DNA from: Octopus vulgaris
Lineage: Eukaryota
Assembly (NCBI GenBank): GCA_951406725.2
Contig: OX597816.1
Location: forward strand, 84,010,001-84,074,000
DNA: 64,000 bases
Direction of reading: 5' to 3'
Below are positions 45,076 to 58,638 of the stretch, piece by piece (position 1 is the stretch's first letter; the number at the start of each line of letters is the position of its first letter). The position numbers and the translations under genes are program-made. The notes beneath the pieces were generated by a model. It made no database searches. It saw only the letters and a program-made list of their open reading frames with translations, and had not been told where the DNA came from.

Positions 45076-46865
45076 AAATGAGATCAACCTGACGTATTAC
45101 ATTGTTTCTTTATTCCGTTTCCCCTCAGAGGGCAATTCCTCACGTTTCGGATAACAAATAGAATGGTAGCTAAAAGATACTTATAACATTCAAAAATTCT
45201 GATTGAAATGAATTGGTCTATTATGTAATAATTCGTGAACTTTGCCAAAATGTGTAAATTGATAACTGGAAACCGTATACAATTTTTTTTCGAAAACTAG
45301 TTAAATCAGTATCAGTTTTCTGGTTATATACAAAGAAATAGATGCGGCTGAAACACATTATCTACTTTTCACAACATGGTTTGATGTATGCGTTCAGTAA
45401 AAGCCGAACTAACAATTTTATATATCCTAAAATACTGCGCAGTGGATTTTATAATCTATCTGTCTGTCTGTCTCTGTGTGTCTCTCTCTCCCCGCTCTCT
45501 CTCTGTATATGTGAGTGTGTGCACACATATGGTGAATTTTCTGAAGATTTCGATATATGAATGTCCTGATGTTATGTCAACTGTACGATATACACATCAA
45601 ATTAGCATGCAAATTGTTTGAGTATTTCGCACATATGTGTATCTTAAGGTAATTCTCAGTTGAAAACTGCGTGGCAGAACGTGGCATCCTTAGATCTGTG
45701 GAGTGCCGGTTCAATTCATTCGATGGTTTTCTTACAGTTCTCGTCTCCGCTTTGTCGCACATATTGGGTTGATCCGGTGCTGTGGTAAAGAGGCTTGCCC
45801 AAGACTGTTGGCTAGAATCCTGGATCTTGATGTTACGAAACAGCCCTGTGTGTATTGCCGCGCGTGCATGCGTCTGTAGTACATATACAAATATACATTT
45901 CTATATGCGTATATGTATGAATACATCTTTAATTGTTTATTTGTTTCAGCCATTAAATTACAGCTGCTGGAGCACTGTGTGTGTGTGTATGTGTATACAT
46001 GCATATACTTACAGAGCCATACATGTTTACACACATTTATACACGCAGGTATACATCAATACATACACGCATTCATTGATAGATACATGCAAACATGCAT
46101 ACATATATACATATATATATACATACATACACATACACACACATATCTATTTCTCACTCACGGAATCTACCTCGTCTGCCTGTCTACGTAACTGGCTTGT
46201 TAGTAACTCTCTACTCCTTCGCTCTTGCCCTCATCCTCACCACACCCTGCTGAAGTGCATTACCCATTTCTTGTTCTCTTTTTTTCTTCCTTTGTACTTG
46301 CTTGCGTTCCGTTCACACCCTGAGCCCTCCCCCACCCCGCCTTATCTCACTTCATGCACTTACATAATTTACATGGTATATTCTTCATTCCTCGATTTTG
46401 CATTTTCTTACGTTAGTAACACTAGTAATTATAACTGTAGCTGCTTAATTGCCCACCCACGTCTGCTACTTCTGTTATTATGATCTAGCGAGGAAAGCTG
46501 TATGGGGTTGGTCGACCTGCCGGAAATAGCAGCGAAATAGCTATAATATCTGACTCTACCCTCTAAAATATAAAAACACGGCATTTGATATTTTGTAGTT
46601 CTAGATATGCTATATCTCATAAATAAATTAGCTTAAAGACATTTTGCTTTCATGGTTGTTCGATCAGTAATTACCTGGAGGTCAATCAACGAAACAACAG
46701 CAACCACAAAAACAAAAATGTTGAACGTATGTATGTAGGCATGTATGTATGTATGTTTGTATGTATATGTGTATGTATGTATATGTGTATGTATGTATGT
46801 ATGTAGATATGCGCATGTATATATATGTATGTGTGTAAATATTATATATATATATCTATATGTTT

Positions 46866-46897
<32 letters not shown>

Positions 46898-46946
46898 CTA
46901 TATGTATAGTCAAAAATTGTGAAGCATGACTGTCACCACTACTACA

Positions 46947-46991
46947 TGAACCTGAAGATTGCAGAATTTAATGCATGAAAGTACTAGTTCA
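46947..46991 (+). ncRNA. Minimal type I hammerhead ribozyme, intact core
   Basis: TGAAC-CTGAAGA-T-TGCA-GAATTTAA-TGCA-T-GAAA-GTAC-TA-GTTCA; 5-bp stem I and palindromic stem III AGTACT. Confidence 0.8.
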
Positions 46992-47158
46992 ATCAGAATG
47001 AACATTTAACATTCTATTATTTTATTTTATTTTATTATATTATATTATCTTATATCATTATAAGATTGTAAATAAAACGTGAAAATCAGACAAGGCTGGA
47101 ATTCTTTTTATTAATATATTCTTCTATACACAATCACACACACCCGTATATATATCTA

Positions 47159-47225
<67 letters not shown>

Positions 47226-47544
47226 ATATATATATATATAAATATATATATACATACATACATTTATATATAATATATATGTATATATACATATATGTGC
47301 GTGTGTGTGTGTCTGTGTGAGTGCGTGTGTATGCATGCATATAATTACGCTAATTTATGTCGGTTAAATGACAGAAAAGTACTCAATACATGTTGTAGAG
47401 GATATGATTTTTTAAATTGGTTTTGAGAATTTGTCTCATAAGTCCAATTTCAAATCACTGCGATCTTCAGGCGAGATCCTCTATACATTCATCCATACGT
47501 AAACATCCTTACATACACACACACACACACTTACATATAAACAC

Positions 47545-47603
<59 letters not shown>

Positions 47604-48231
47604 TACATACATACATACATACATACATACATACATACATACATACATACATACATACATACATACATCTGAGTCAGATATCAATCGAGTTACCTACGTG
47701 CAGTTTTTCTGGCTCTCTCTTCTCTTTTATCTTCCTATATTTCTCCCGTTCTTTGGACTTTTTTCAGTATATATGACAAAAGACTGTCCAAAACGTACTT
47801 TTACCCTTTAATTATCACTTTCTAGCTGCTTTTCTTCTTTAAGACTCAAGATAATATTACCTGTGAAAGTCGCATAGACATTTTTTTCTTTGTTGCATAT
47901 GATTTAGGTTTTTGTTATTAGTTTATACACACACACATATATATGCATATATATGTATATATATACATGTATATATATATATATATACACACATATATAT
48001 AGACATATATATATACACATATATATACACAAATATATATATACATATATATACACATATATATATATATATACATATATATACACATATATATACATAT
48101 ATATATACATATATATACACACATATATATATACATACATATATTTACATATATGCATACACATATATACATACAGGTATATATATACATACATATACAT
48201 ATACGTTCATATATATATATATTTATATATA

Positions 48232-48264
<33 letters not shown>

Positions 48265-48269
48265 ATGAA

Positions 48270-48982
48270 TATACGGCAAATAAGAAAATGGAGATGGTAC
48301 AAAAACGACATACATCAGCCGGTAGACATTCTAGTATGTCTATTTATTCCAAAATATTAGAAAGTATTAGAATATATACACATGTAATAACTATGCGTTA
48401 CACACACAAGTACTAATATTACAGAAAAGAGCAAAAGATCAGATTGACAGTAGGTTCTATTTCCTTACGGCTGTTTCTGCCAAGAGGCAACGAAATCCTC
48501 CATGCCATCTCCATCTCTTGAGTGTTCTGTCGGGACAGGCAGATAAAGTTTGGATGATGAATGTGCCTTTTGGCTTCTTCAGAGGGTCTAAGTGGTTGGG
48601 AGGGCTAATACATATCAGAAACAGTTAACAATAGGTACAGCATGTTTGTCATTTAAAAAAGGCAGAAAAAATGAATAGGAGCAAACATGAGGAAGTGAGT
48701 GATGTATAACTTAGTAAAATCATTTGGGTATAGAAAGGAGAAATAAGCTACAGGATTTCGTTGCCTCTTGGCAGAAACGGCCGTAAGGAACTAGCACCTA
48801 CTGACAATCTGATCTTTTGCTCTTTTCTATAATATTAGTACATGTGTGTAACACATGGTTATTATATGTGTATGTATCCTTTTAATACATTTTATTACTT
48901 TGGAATAAATAGACATACAAGAATGTCTACCGGCTGATGTATGTCGTTTTTATATCCTCTTCATTTTCTTATTTGCCGTATA
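48270..48982. mobile_element. ~230-bp inverted repeat pair carrying a hammerhead (Penelope pLTR-like arrangement)
   Basis: Arms 48270-48499 and 48752-48982; full minus-strand HHR at 48463-48585; only the 3' half is present in the right arm. Confidence 0.8.
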
Positions 48983-49136
48983 AATTAAGGGTAAACCACT
49001 TTTTACCTTCGCCCATATATAACACTCAAGTGCGAGATTGCCACTTGGGTAGGAATAATTGGGTACACTACCAGCAGTATATTTTATGGATACTATCCCT
49101 TGGCTGGTTGGTTTCCCAACCTCTAACTCACACAGA

Positions 49137-49193
<57 letters not shown>

Positions 49194-49301
49194 CAATAAT
49201 AAAGTGATTGTTTCTTATCAGGAACAAAATGTTTAATAGGACTGCTATAGAAGTGCTCAATTAAATGAGCATATATATATATATACTTTATTCTACAAAA
49301 T

Positions 49302-49339
49302 CTGTTACTCTGAGTTTCACGTTGCCGTTCATCGGACAG
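49302..49339 (-). ncRNA. Minimal hammerhead ribozyme with CCGAUGA core
   Basis: Minus strand: CTGT-CCGATGA-ACG-GCAA-CGT-GAAA-CTCAGAG-TA-ACAG. Confidence 0.75.
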
Positions 49340-49437
49340 TTTTTGCTAGAATAGAACCGATATGTCAATTCTATCCTCTACCACTGGTATTTGAGTACTC
49401 TTTTTTCCACCTTGTTTCACATTTATGTGTTTACTCC

Positions 49438-49493
<56 letters not shown>

Positions 49494-50108
49494 GTGTCCT
49501 TCGTTACAGCTTCCATCTACCCAGTTACATTTAGAAGATAGGAACTTCTTATTGTGGAAAACACTTGTCCGTGGTGTTACAGTTTAAAAGCTAAACCTTA
49601 ACCACATAACTCTCTTCTGAATTATACGGCTATACTCCTGCTTTCAAATACGTCCTACTTACACTAATTTTCCTTTTCGTCATATGCGAATCGATATAAT
49701 TACTACCAATCAAATACGGGGACGAATATAATTATAATCAATAATAGTCTTCCTTCGAACTCGTGGTCCTGTGTTTAATTTAGAAACCATTATCCTTATT
49801 AAAAAAAACATAAAAATAACAGTCGGGAAATTAAATTTTAACTCATATTCATTCAGAGATGGCATCCTTGATTTTTTTGACCATAATTAATAATTAATAA
49901 TTAATCTATGAGTTTATTTTTAATTAATTGATATTTTTGGAGTCAGTACATTAAATATTTAAAATCTAGTTCCTTATTTGGTAGTAGAAGTAGTAAAACA
50001 GTACAAATATTTCTTTTTGGTTAAAAGACTCGTACATTTTACATTCTGAGAAGAAATTCTGTAAGAATCCACTTTTAACTGGCTCACGGCAGCAACAGCT
50101 GGTGGTGT

Positions 50109-50142
<34 letters not shown>

Positions 50143-50327
50143 GCCGACTCGAGTCGATGAGGGAGCTACGTACTTGGTAGTTTGATCTGCTAGAAATAGC
50201 AGCCAAGTAACCCTACAGATTAGGGAACACATAGCTACAGCAGGAATTCAGTTGATTGTCGGTCGAACCAATCAGGGTAAGCAACAATAACAACAAGAAC
50301 AAAACACCAGCAAGAATAACAACAGCA

Positions 50328-50375
<48 letters not shown>

Positions 50376-50849
50376 GAACCAACAAAGGTACCTGTTCGGA
50401 ATCACACTATCTACTTAAAATAGACTGCGAATCTTCTCTTTAAACAACATACTATTGTTATTGTGAAAAGAAAGGACGTTAGTGATACAGAAAACAACGG
50501 TTTTCTCACACTTGAAATGCCTTTGCTGGTATGTCTGCTTCATTATGGCTAACGTGGGACTAAATAAAAAACATCTTTATATCAACACTACTTCAAGCAT
50601 TAAAACATAAATACACAAAACGAAACAAAACCATTTCTTTTTAACCCTGTGCTGGAATGTGCCTCATCAGCAGCAAATACAGGCAAATAACTGTCGTGCT
50701 TTGGCTAATTCCACCTTGACTCAATGAACTGCGGCCACTACAAAACAATCTGTCAGTACACGGGAATAGATTGGGTTGTGGGAAAAATGTAGCATGCGCA
50801 GCTTAGGACCCGGCACGTCATAAGATGACATTAAATTCCCCTCAAAGTG

Positions 50850-51270
50850 CAGACGTGGCTGTGGTTAAGAAGCTCGCTTTGCAACCACTTCGGTTCATGT
50901 TCAATCCCACGGCCCGGCAGCTTGAGCAAGTGCCTTCTACTATAACTGAAGGCCAACCAATGCCTTGTGAGTGAATTTGGTAGACGGTGATTGTGTGGAA
51001 GCCTGTTGTGGACATATATGTGTGTGCCTATGTCTGGGTCTGTGTGTGTCTTTGTGCTTATGGTTGTCCGCTCCACTGCATGACAACTAGCGTTGGTTTG
51101 TTTACATCCTCGTAACTTAGCGATCCGGAAAATAGACTGAGTGAATAGGTGCCAAACTTAACAAAAAAAGAAGAAAGAAAAAAAAAGCCTCAAAGGGCAA
51201 ATGGTCCGATTAAATCCATCAGTGCGTGATCCGGCATGGCTGCAGTCCAGTAACTGAAACATGTAAACGA
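50850..51270 (+). mobile_element. SINE family B, diverged
   Basis: Same layout as 42351. Confidence 0.7.
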
Positions 51271-51346
51271 AGAACTATCGTAGCTTGCAATTTAAAAATA
51301 AAAGCTTGTGTGTTTTGTATAATAACTTCCTTCATATATTGTATGA

Positions 51347-51662
51347 AGGCGCATGGCTTACGAGCTTACGATTGTAAGGTTATGAGTTCGATTCCCGGAC
51401 CGGGCTATGCGTAGTGTTCTTGAGCAAGACACTTTATTTCACGTTGCTCCAGTTCACTCAGCTGTAGAAATAAATTACGACTTCACTGGTGCCAAGCTAT
51501 ATCGGCCTTTGCCTTTTTCTTGGATAACACCGGTGGTGTGGAAAGAGGAGACTAGTATGTATGGGCAACTGCTGGTCTTCCACAAACAACCTTGCTTGGA
51601 CTTGTGCCTAGGAAGGTAACACTCTAGGTGCAATCCCATGGTCATTCGTGACCGAAGGGGTT
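51347..51662 (+). mobile_element. SINE family C
   Basis: GGCGCATGGCT head, B box GAGTTCGATTCCC; body shared with 2632-2920. Confidence 0.8.
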
Positions 51663-52294
51663 CATATACTTATATATTGTCTGACAGTAAGATATTTGTT
51701 CTGGTATCGGCTTACATCATGTAACGAATTGTGCCCCTTCGACCCATAAATCAACATAATCTCCAGCTAGAGCCGACCACTATCTGCAATCGCAGACGTT
51801 CGAAGCAGAGGTGGTCAACCAGTTTCGATTCCAGCAACGGGCACCTGACAAACAAGGATAAGATATCGATTGAAGATTCGACTTGATTGTACTATTCTAT
51901 ATTCAGTTTTCCGTTTCGCTAATACCATCCATGGAAGAGGCTTTGGCTCCACTGCATCACGGACGGGTTTGCTTTGGGTTCAATTGAATGCGTGGCTAAA
52001 CTTAGAGACGCGGCTTTCAGGCAAGTATTGTCGAATGAAATCGGTCTGATTACAACGATGTTTACAACACAAAATTCAGAGTGCCAACTTTGTGGATTCG
52101 GCAAAGACAAATGTAATCAAATAGTTCCAGTTTCCATAGACCCACCACTCTCATTGGCCATGTATAACAACCGTATAATATGATGGTATGAATGTGTGCT
52201 CTGTGGATTCCAGCTGTTTTTGCCTACATTGATTTTCAAGCGAGGCCAGAGCCGGTTTTGAAACTGACAGAGTAAACCGCGTGCCTGAATGATG

Positions 52295-52331
<37 letters not shown>

Positions 52332-52792
52332 CTCATTCTCTCTCTCATTTTCATTCTCTCTCTCCCTCCCTTCTTTCTCTCTCACTCGCTCTTACATTCT
52401 GTCACTTTCTCTCCCACTCTCTCATATTTAATAAAACCTATAGTCAAACAATGATAATGGAAGGTCGGGACTGTTTAGAACATCAGTGTTCACCTGGGGT
52501 TAACAACAACTACTGCTAGCCGGGCCAACGGGAGAAGCTCTATGAGGTCACTAGACCAGCTAAAAATAACAGCTACATCTCTCTCAAACCACACCTTATT
52601 GCCTTATAAAAAGGGAACTAACCACCGGAAAATGCATACTAAAAGATGGGATGGTCACGGATCGCTCTTGACTAAACAGCAGCATTAAAGTCTATATTTT
52701 TACAAGAATGATCAGAAAAGATCAATGTAATTACAAATCAGCGTCGTCACATTGTAATTTTATTATTATTCACCTCAGCATCACCATCACAG

Positions 52793-52835
<43 letters not shown>

Positions 52836-53063
52836 AACCACCACCACCACTACTACTACTACTACTGCTGCTGCTGCCGCTGCTCGTTATTCGGCTTATT
52901 CTTACACCTCGTTGTATGTAAATTGCGCGCGCTATGTTCACCTTTACAAGAACGTCAGGTTACCTGACAGAATGCCAACAACATTATTATCAGACTCCAT
53001 TTAATATATCATACTTCAGATATGAAGGAGTTTGTACAAAACATTCTTACACAACCTCAACAA

Positions 53064-53147
<84 letters not shown>

Positions 53148-53199
53148 GCCCCGATATATACATACATTCATATATATTTATATTCTTTCCTTCTTTTAT

Positions 53200-53545
53200 T
53201 CTTTTACTTCGTTTACTTGTTTCAGTCATTTGACTGCGGTAGAACAAATCAACCCCAGGACTTATTCTTTGTAAGCCTAGTACTTATTTTATCGGTTTCT
53301 TTTGCCGAACCGTTAAGTGACGGGGACGTAAACACACCAGCATCGCTTGTCAAGCGATGGTGGTGGGACATACACACACATACACACACACACACTCACA
53401 TCCACATATACGACGGGCTTCTTTCAGTTTCCGTCTACCAAATCCTCTCACAAGGTTTTAGTCGGTCAGAGGCTACAGTGGAAGACACTTGCCCAAGATA
53501 CCACGCAGTGGGAGTAAACCCGGAACCACATAGCAACTCCTGCCC
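53200..53545 (-). mobile_element. SINE family B
   Basis: Reverse complement of the 42351 element. Confidence 0.8.
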
Positions 53546-53548
53546 CTT

Positions 53549-53621
<73 letters not shown>

Positions 53622-54365
53622 ATGTGTGTGTGTGTGTGTGTATAAATATATATATACACTGATAGGTATAATAACAAATTTTTCTCTTACATAGCTCTCT
53701 CTCTCTCTCTCTTGCTCTCTCTTTCTCGCATATAGTATCTTTTTCCCCTTGTGTCGGATTAACGCCGTTCGTAATAACTGGTGTCACATCGTTTCGGATT
53801 TAACTCCTTTCTGGAATTGCTTCCTTTGATGTGTTTCCATGGGTTTCTCAAACTATTGTCTCCCGCCCATGGACTGACTTTTGGATTGACACGTTCCCCC
53901 TCGGTGGTTAACAATCGGTTCTTCATTTACAAGTGTTTTAAATCTGAAAGATATTAAACCTGATATGCTGGGGTGCTAGTTTACTTTAATCGAGCAGAAG
54001 ACAACTTCTTTTTCTTATCTTACGCATGTCAAATTGCATTTGGGAGGCGTAAAAATACGCTCTCTTTTGTATGACCAGCTTATTGACTTGCGCATATATA
54101 GTTGTGCAGCAGGATTCATGATGAACCATGTCTCACGCGTCCCACTTTTCGAAAAATTCTTTCCATTCCTGCTTTAGAACAACCCATCACTTCCAGTTTG
54201 ATATCCACTACTTTAATAGAAGTATGAGTGTGTGTGTGTGTAACGTTTGCAGATGTTAATGCCTTCAAAACAAAGTTTCCTTACAAACAAAATCAAAAGA
54301 ACCCAATTACGTTGAGTATTTGCATAATATTTGAAGTAATTCCAATTACTTTACTTCTCATTACT

Positions 54366-54574
54366 CTTTTCTACCCAAGGCCCGAAATTTTGGGGGAGGT
54401 GGCCAGTCGATTAGATCGACCCCAGTACGCAACTGGTAGTTAATTTATCGACCCCGAAAAGATGAAAGGCAAAGTCGACACCGGGCGGAATTTGAACTCT
54501 GAACCTTAAGACAGACGAAATGCCGCTAAGCACTTCGCCTGGCGTGCTAACGTTTCTGCCAGCTCGCCGCCTTG
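54366..54574 (-). mobile_element. SINE family A monomer with 17-bp TSD
   Basis: CTTTACTTCTCATTACT at 54349-54365 and 54575-54591. Confidence 0.9.
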
Positions 54575-55277
54575 CTTTACTTCTCATTACTAGAAGCTTC
54601 ATATCCGAGGGTAGTCTTCAGATAGAGCTGACTGATGGAAAATATTTTGATGCTCTCGGTTGGTGATTGCCGAAAATCGCTATTTGGATTCCATGTTGGT
54701 TACTTGATTGATAATCTTCCGTCATTACGTTTATTTAAATCATGGTATTTCAATTCGGTTCACGTTCTCCAGGCCAATATCCAGTGTAATATTTATTTTC
54801 ATGTCTGCATTTCTTATTTAATTAATTTTCTTGTTTGAAGTCCTGTGCCTTCCTGTGTTACAGATATATAGTATCAACTATCTTTAATACAATACAATAT
54901 GAATAAGCGCTGATATGATAGTCTTTAAATTGCGATATTTAACTAGCGAAAGTATAGCGTTCAAGTATAACGTCCACGTTGAAAGATAGATCTACAATTT
55001 AAGTAACAGCTCGTAAATTCCTTCACAATTCAAAGGTAGGATAGAATATAAAACAGGTCTTTAGAACTACCAAATACCCTCGCTTGATAAATCTGCGCTT
55101 GCTTTTTCAATATGCGATCGAGAAATAACAATCTTAATCTCAAATGGAAAAAGATAATTTACTTAGAATGTTTACATTCAAATATAGTATGTAGTGTGCT
55201 AAATCTTATACTAGAAGAAATTATAAAGGAACATTTAAAAGCCGATATTAAGACCATAGAACTTCAGTCTTAGACTA

Positions 55278-55486
55278 CCGTATTTTTCGGCTTACAAATC
55301 GAAATTTTCAAACGAAAATTAACTATCTAAAAGATGTATGACGAGTTTTACACACAAACGACTTTAGAGGATTATAAATTCCCCGTGAGATGCAGCAGGG
55401 CTTCAAAAAGAATTGTGATAATGTTTGAATGTTTATATTACTTGTCGCCCTGTATACTATGCTGGCTTGTACGTCGGAAAATACGA
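55278..55486. mobile_element. Tc1/pogo-like MITE, decayed
   Basis: TA|CCGTATTTTTCGGCTTACAA ... TTGTACGTCGGAAAATACGA|TA imperfect TIRs. Confidence 0.6.
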
Positions 55487-55588
55487 TAATTATTATTTCG
55501 AAGACCACTCCATTGACAAAATAATGAATTACACCGAAGTTGTAAATAACTCTAATTTTTTAAACTTCAATATATACCCGAACACTAA

Positions 55589-55629
<41 letters not shown>

Positions 55630-55671
55630 CTAGAAGCGACATTTTGTGTGGTTACAAGTTCTGTTACAAGT

Positions 55672-55883
55672 TGATTCGCCGATAGATCGCTAGCCACTAC
55701 ACATTCTTTATTTTCTCTCCCTGTTTCTTTCTGTGTTTCTGTGGAAGAGCGTAGGCTCGAAACGTTAAAGACTTTTACACTTCCCCCAGGGTGAAACAAA
55801 TACATCTGTTTGTTGTCTGCACCACCTGTCTTCATCTTTTGTATTTTTTTTGTAATTTTTTTTTTTTTGTAAATTCTGCCCAA
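55672..55883 (+). mobile_element. 212-bp HHR-bearing retroelement with 11-bp TSD
   Basis: CTGTTACAAGT at 55661-55671 and 55884-55894; HHR at 55736-55770 TTT-CTGTGGA-A-GAGC-GTAG-GCTC-GAAA-CG-TT-AAA. Confidence 0.8.
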
Positions 55884-56631
55884 CTGTTACAAGTAGCTGG
55901 ATATCCCTTATTTAAAAACATGTCTTAAAAAAACAAAAGTCAATACTTTTTAAGTAAACGAAAATTTAAACTGTCTCACGTACTACATTTATCACGCTCT
56001 CCTTTCTCTAAGCAAGTAGAATATTTTTGTGGAATTAATTGGTAACTTCTTTAAATTATCTCCCTTTTAATATAAGAGTCGCAACAAACTGTCGCTAGGT
56101 TTTTGTAGTTTTCTTCCTATGAATAACAAAGCGGAAATTTGAATTAATTTTTATTTACATATAGTTTTTTTTTTCTTTTTCGCTTTCGGACGTCAGTACA
56201 TCACCCTTTAACTTAATTATTAAAACTCCTGTTTTGAAGAGGGAACTGAATCGTAGATTAATAGTCGCTAAAGAAATATCAAAATTGAAAGTAGATGTGA
56301 AATGTCTTCGCTAACCCAATTACCAAAAAGTTACGCGCGTTCTATTATTGGTTGTGCCATTTTATTTATATTTATTTTGACTTTTAGGGAACCCAATGGT
56401 CACTATTCTACAATATGGCGACGCCAACAACTTTTAGTAGTACACACACACACACACACACACACATACAAAGGCATATATACATACATATATACATATA
56501 TTTGTGTGTGTATGTACATACATGTATAAATATATATGTGTGTATAATATATATATATGTATATCTATGTATAAGAATATATACATATATATATGTAAAT
56601 ATATAATGTATACACACATATATATGACATA

Positions 56632-56673
<42 letters not shown>

Positions 56674-57359
56674 CATGTAGACCCTTCCCACTCTCATCGC
56701 ATAATTATTCACAAGTGAATCCACTCTCAGCACACACCAAAGCATATATGAAACGTGCATATATACCTACACATACATACATACATACATACATACATGC
56801 ATCATATGTATATAGTGTATACGCACACGCGCAGAAATGTATACACACACAAACAGCCCCACACACGCACACGTACGCACACAAAGAAAAAGGCGTTGCA
56901 AACATACCTGTTTGTGCGTGTCTATTATAAACAATTTTATTTCCAGTTTAGGACATTGTAAAATAAAAACAAAAATGCAAAATACAAAGCAAGAATAAAA
57001 CAAAACAAAATAATATCCCACTGACGGATATAAACTGCCACTTGTTTTTGTTATTGCATTTATTGGTGTTGGCGATGTGGTAGTGGTGACATTGCAGCGA
57101 GTTCCGATGGTGGTCTTCGGAGTAATGAGGATGCTGGCAGTGATGCTGGTGGTGAATGCAGTGGTGGTGATGATTAAGGGGGGGTTGCAGTGGTGTTAGA
57201 TGAGGTGATGGTAGTTGAGATGGTGGTGGAAACAGTGGTGATGTTGATGGTGTTAGTTGAGGTAGTGGTGGTGGTTGAAGTGGTGTTGGTTGAGGTGGTG
57301 GAGGTAGCAGCGGTGGTAGTGTTGACCGTGCAGATTCTGATGTTAATGTTGGTAGTATT

Positions 57360-57748
57360 CGAAAGGCGGCGAGCTGGCAGAATTGTTAGCACGCCGGGCG
57401 AAATGCTTTCCGGTATTTCGTCTGCCACTACGTTCTGAGTTCAAATTCCGCCGAGGTCGACTTAGCCTTTCATCCTTTCGGAGTCGATTAAATAAGAACC
57501 AGTTACGCACTGGAGTCGATATAATCGACTTAATCCGTTTGTCTGCCCTCTCTGTGTTTAGCCCCTTGTGGGTAGTAAAGAAATAGGTATTTCGTCTGTC
57601 TTTACGTTCTGAGTTCAAATTCCGCCGAGGTCGATTTGCCTTTCATCCTTCGGAGTCGATAAAATCAGTACCAGTTACGTACTGGAGTTGATCTAATCGA
57701 CTAGTTCCTTCCTCCAAAATTTTGGGCCTTGTGCCTAGAGTAGAAAAG
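57360..57748 (+). mobile_element. SINE family A, full-length two-unit form with 15-bp TSD
   Basis: AATGTTGGTAGTATT at 57345-57359 and 57749-57763; head GGCGGCGAGCTGGCAGAATTG. Confidence 0.9.
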
Positions 57749-58249
57749 AATGTTGGTAGTATTTGTGGTTTTGACGTTTTCACTGTTGGCATTGTTAGTG
57801 ATGGTAGTGGTGATGGTTGTGTTGGTGGTATTGTGTTGGTGATGGTAGTTGAGGTGGTGGTGGAAACAGTGGTGATGTTGATGGTGTTAGTTGAGGTAGT
57901 GGTGGTGGTTGAGGTGGTGTTGCTTGAGGTGGTGTTGCTTGAGGTGGTGTTGCTTGAGGTGGTGGTGGTAGCGGCGATGACGGTAACGGCGATGACGGCT
58001 GCAGCGGTGGTGAAGGAACGAAATTTGTTTAGTGGGTTCAAACCTAGGTCCAATACAGGATATTCAAAGCATTGTCATTGCCTCTAAACGATTTTAGTGC
58101 GTGTCAGAGCACCCCCTATACCCCTGTACCGGAACCTTTGTCCACCGTTTATTATAACACATCACTAAGCGTTTAAGGCATATTAAGCAATCTATAGGCA
58201 TATTTTATGCTTGTGCTTAATTTCAGATTGCTCCACTCTATACAGCCGA

Positions 58250-58397
58250 TGCATTATTTACCTTTGACGGATGTTTGTCCTCATCTTGTTCGCTGTTTAC
58301 ACAACGTTTCGGCTGATATACCCTCCAGCCTTTATCAGGTGTCTTGGGAAAATTTCGAACCTAAGGTATTTTTTGGTGTTGTTGTTGTTAATATTAA

Positions 58398-58428
<31 letters not shown>

Positions 58429-58441
58429 TATCATCATCATT

Positions 58442-58515
<74 letters not shown>

Positions 58516-58600
58516 CATCATTATTATCATTATCATTATTATTATTATTATCATCATTATTATCATTATCATTATTATTATTATTATCATCATCATTATA

Positions 58601-58638
<38 letters not shown>

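Noticed and set aside
57195-57960. Thr/Val-rich mucin-like ORFs with an ~85-bp direct duplication
   Set aside because: Degenerate (GGT)n low-complexity DNA interrupted by a SINE; no coding evidence.
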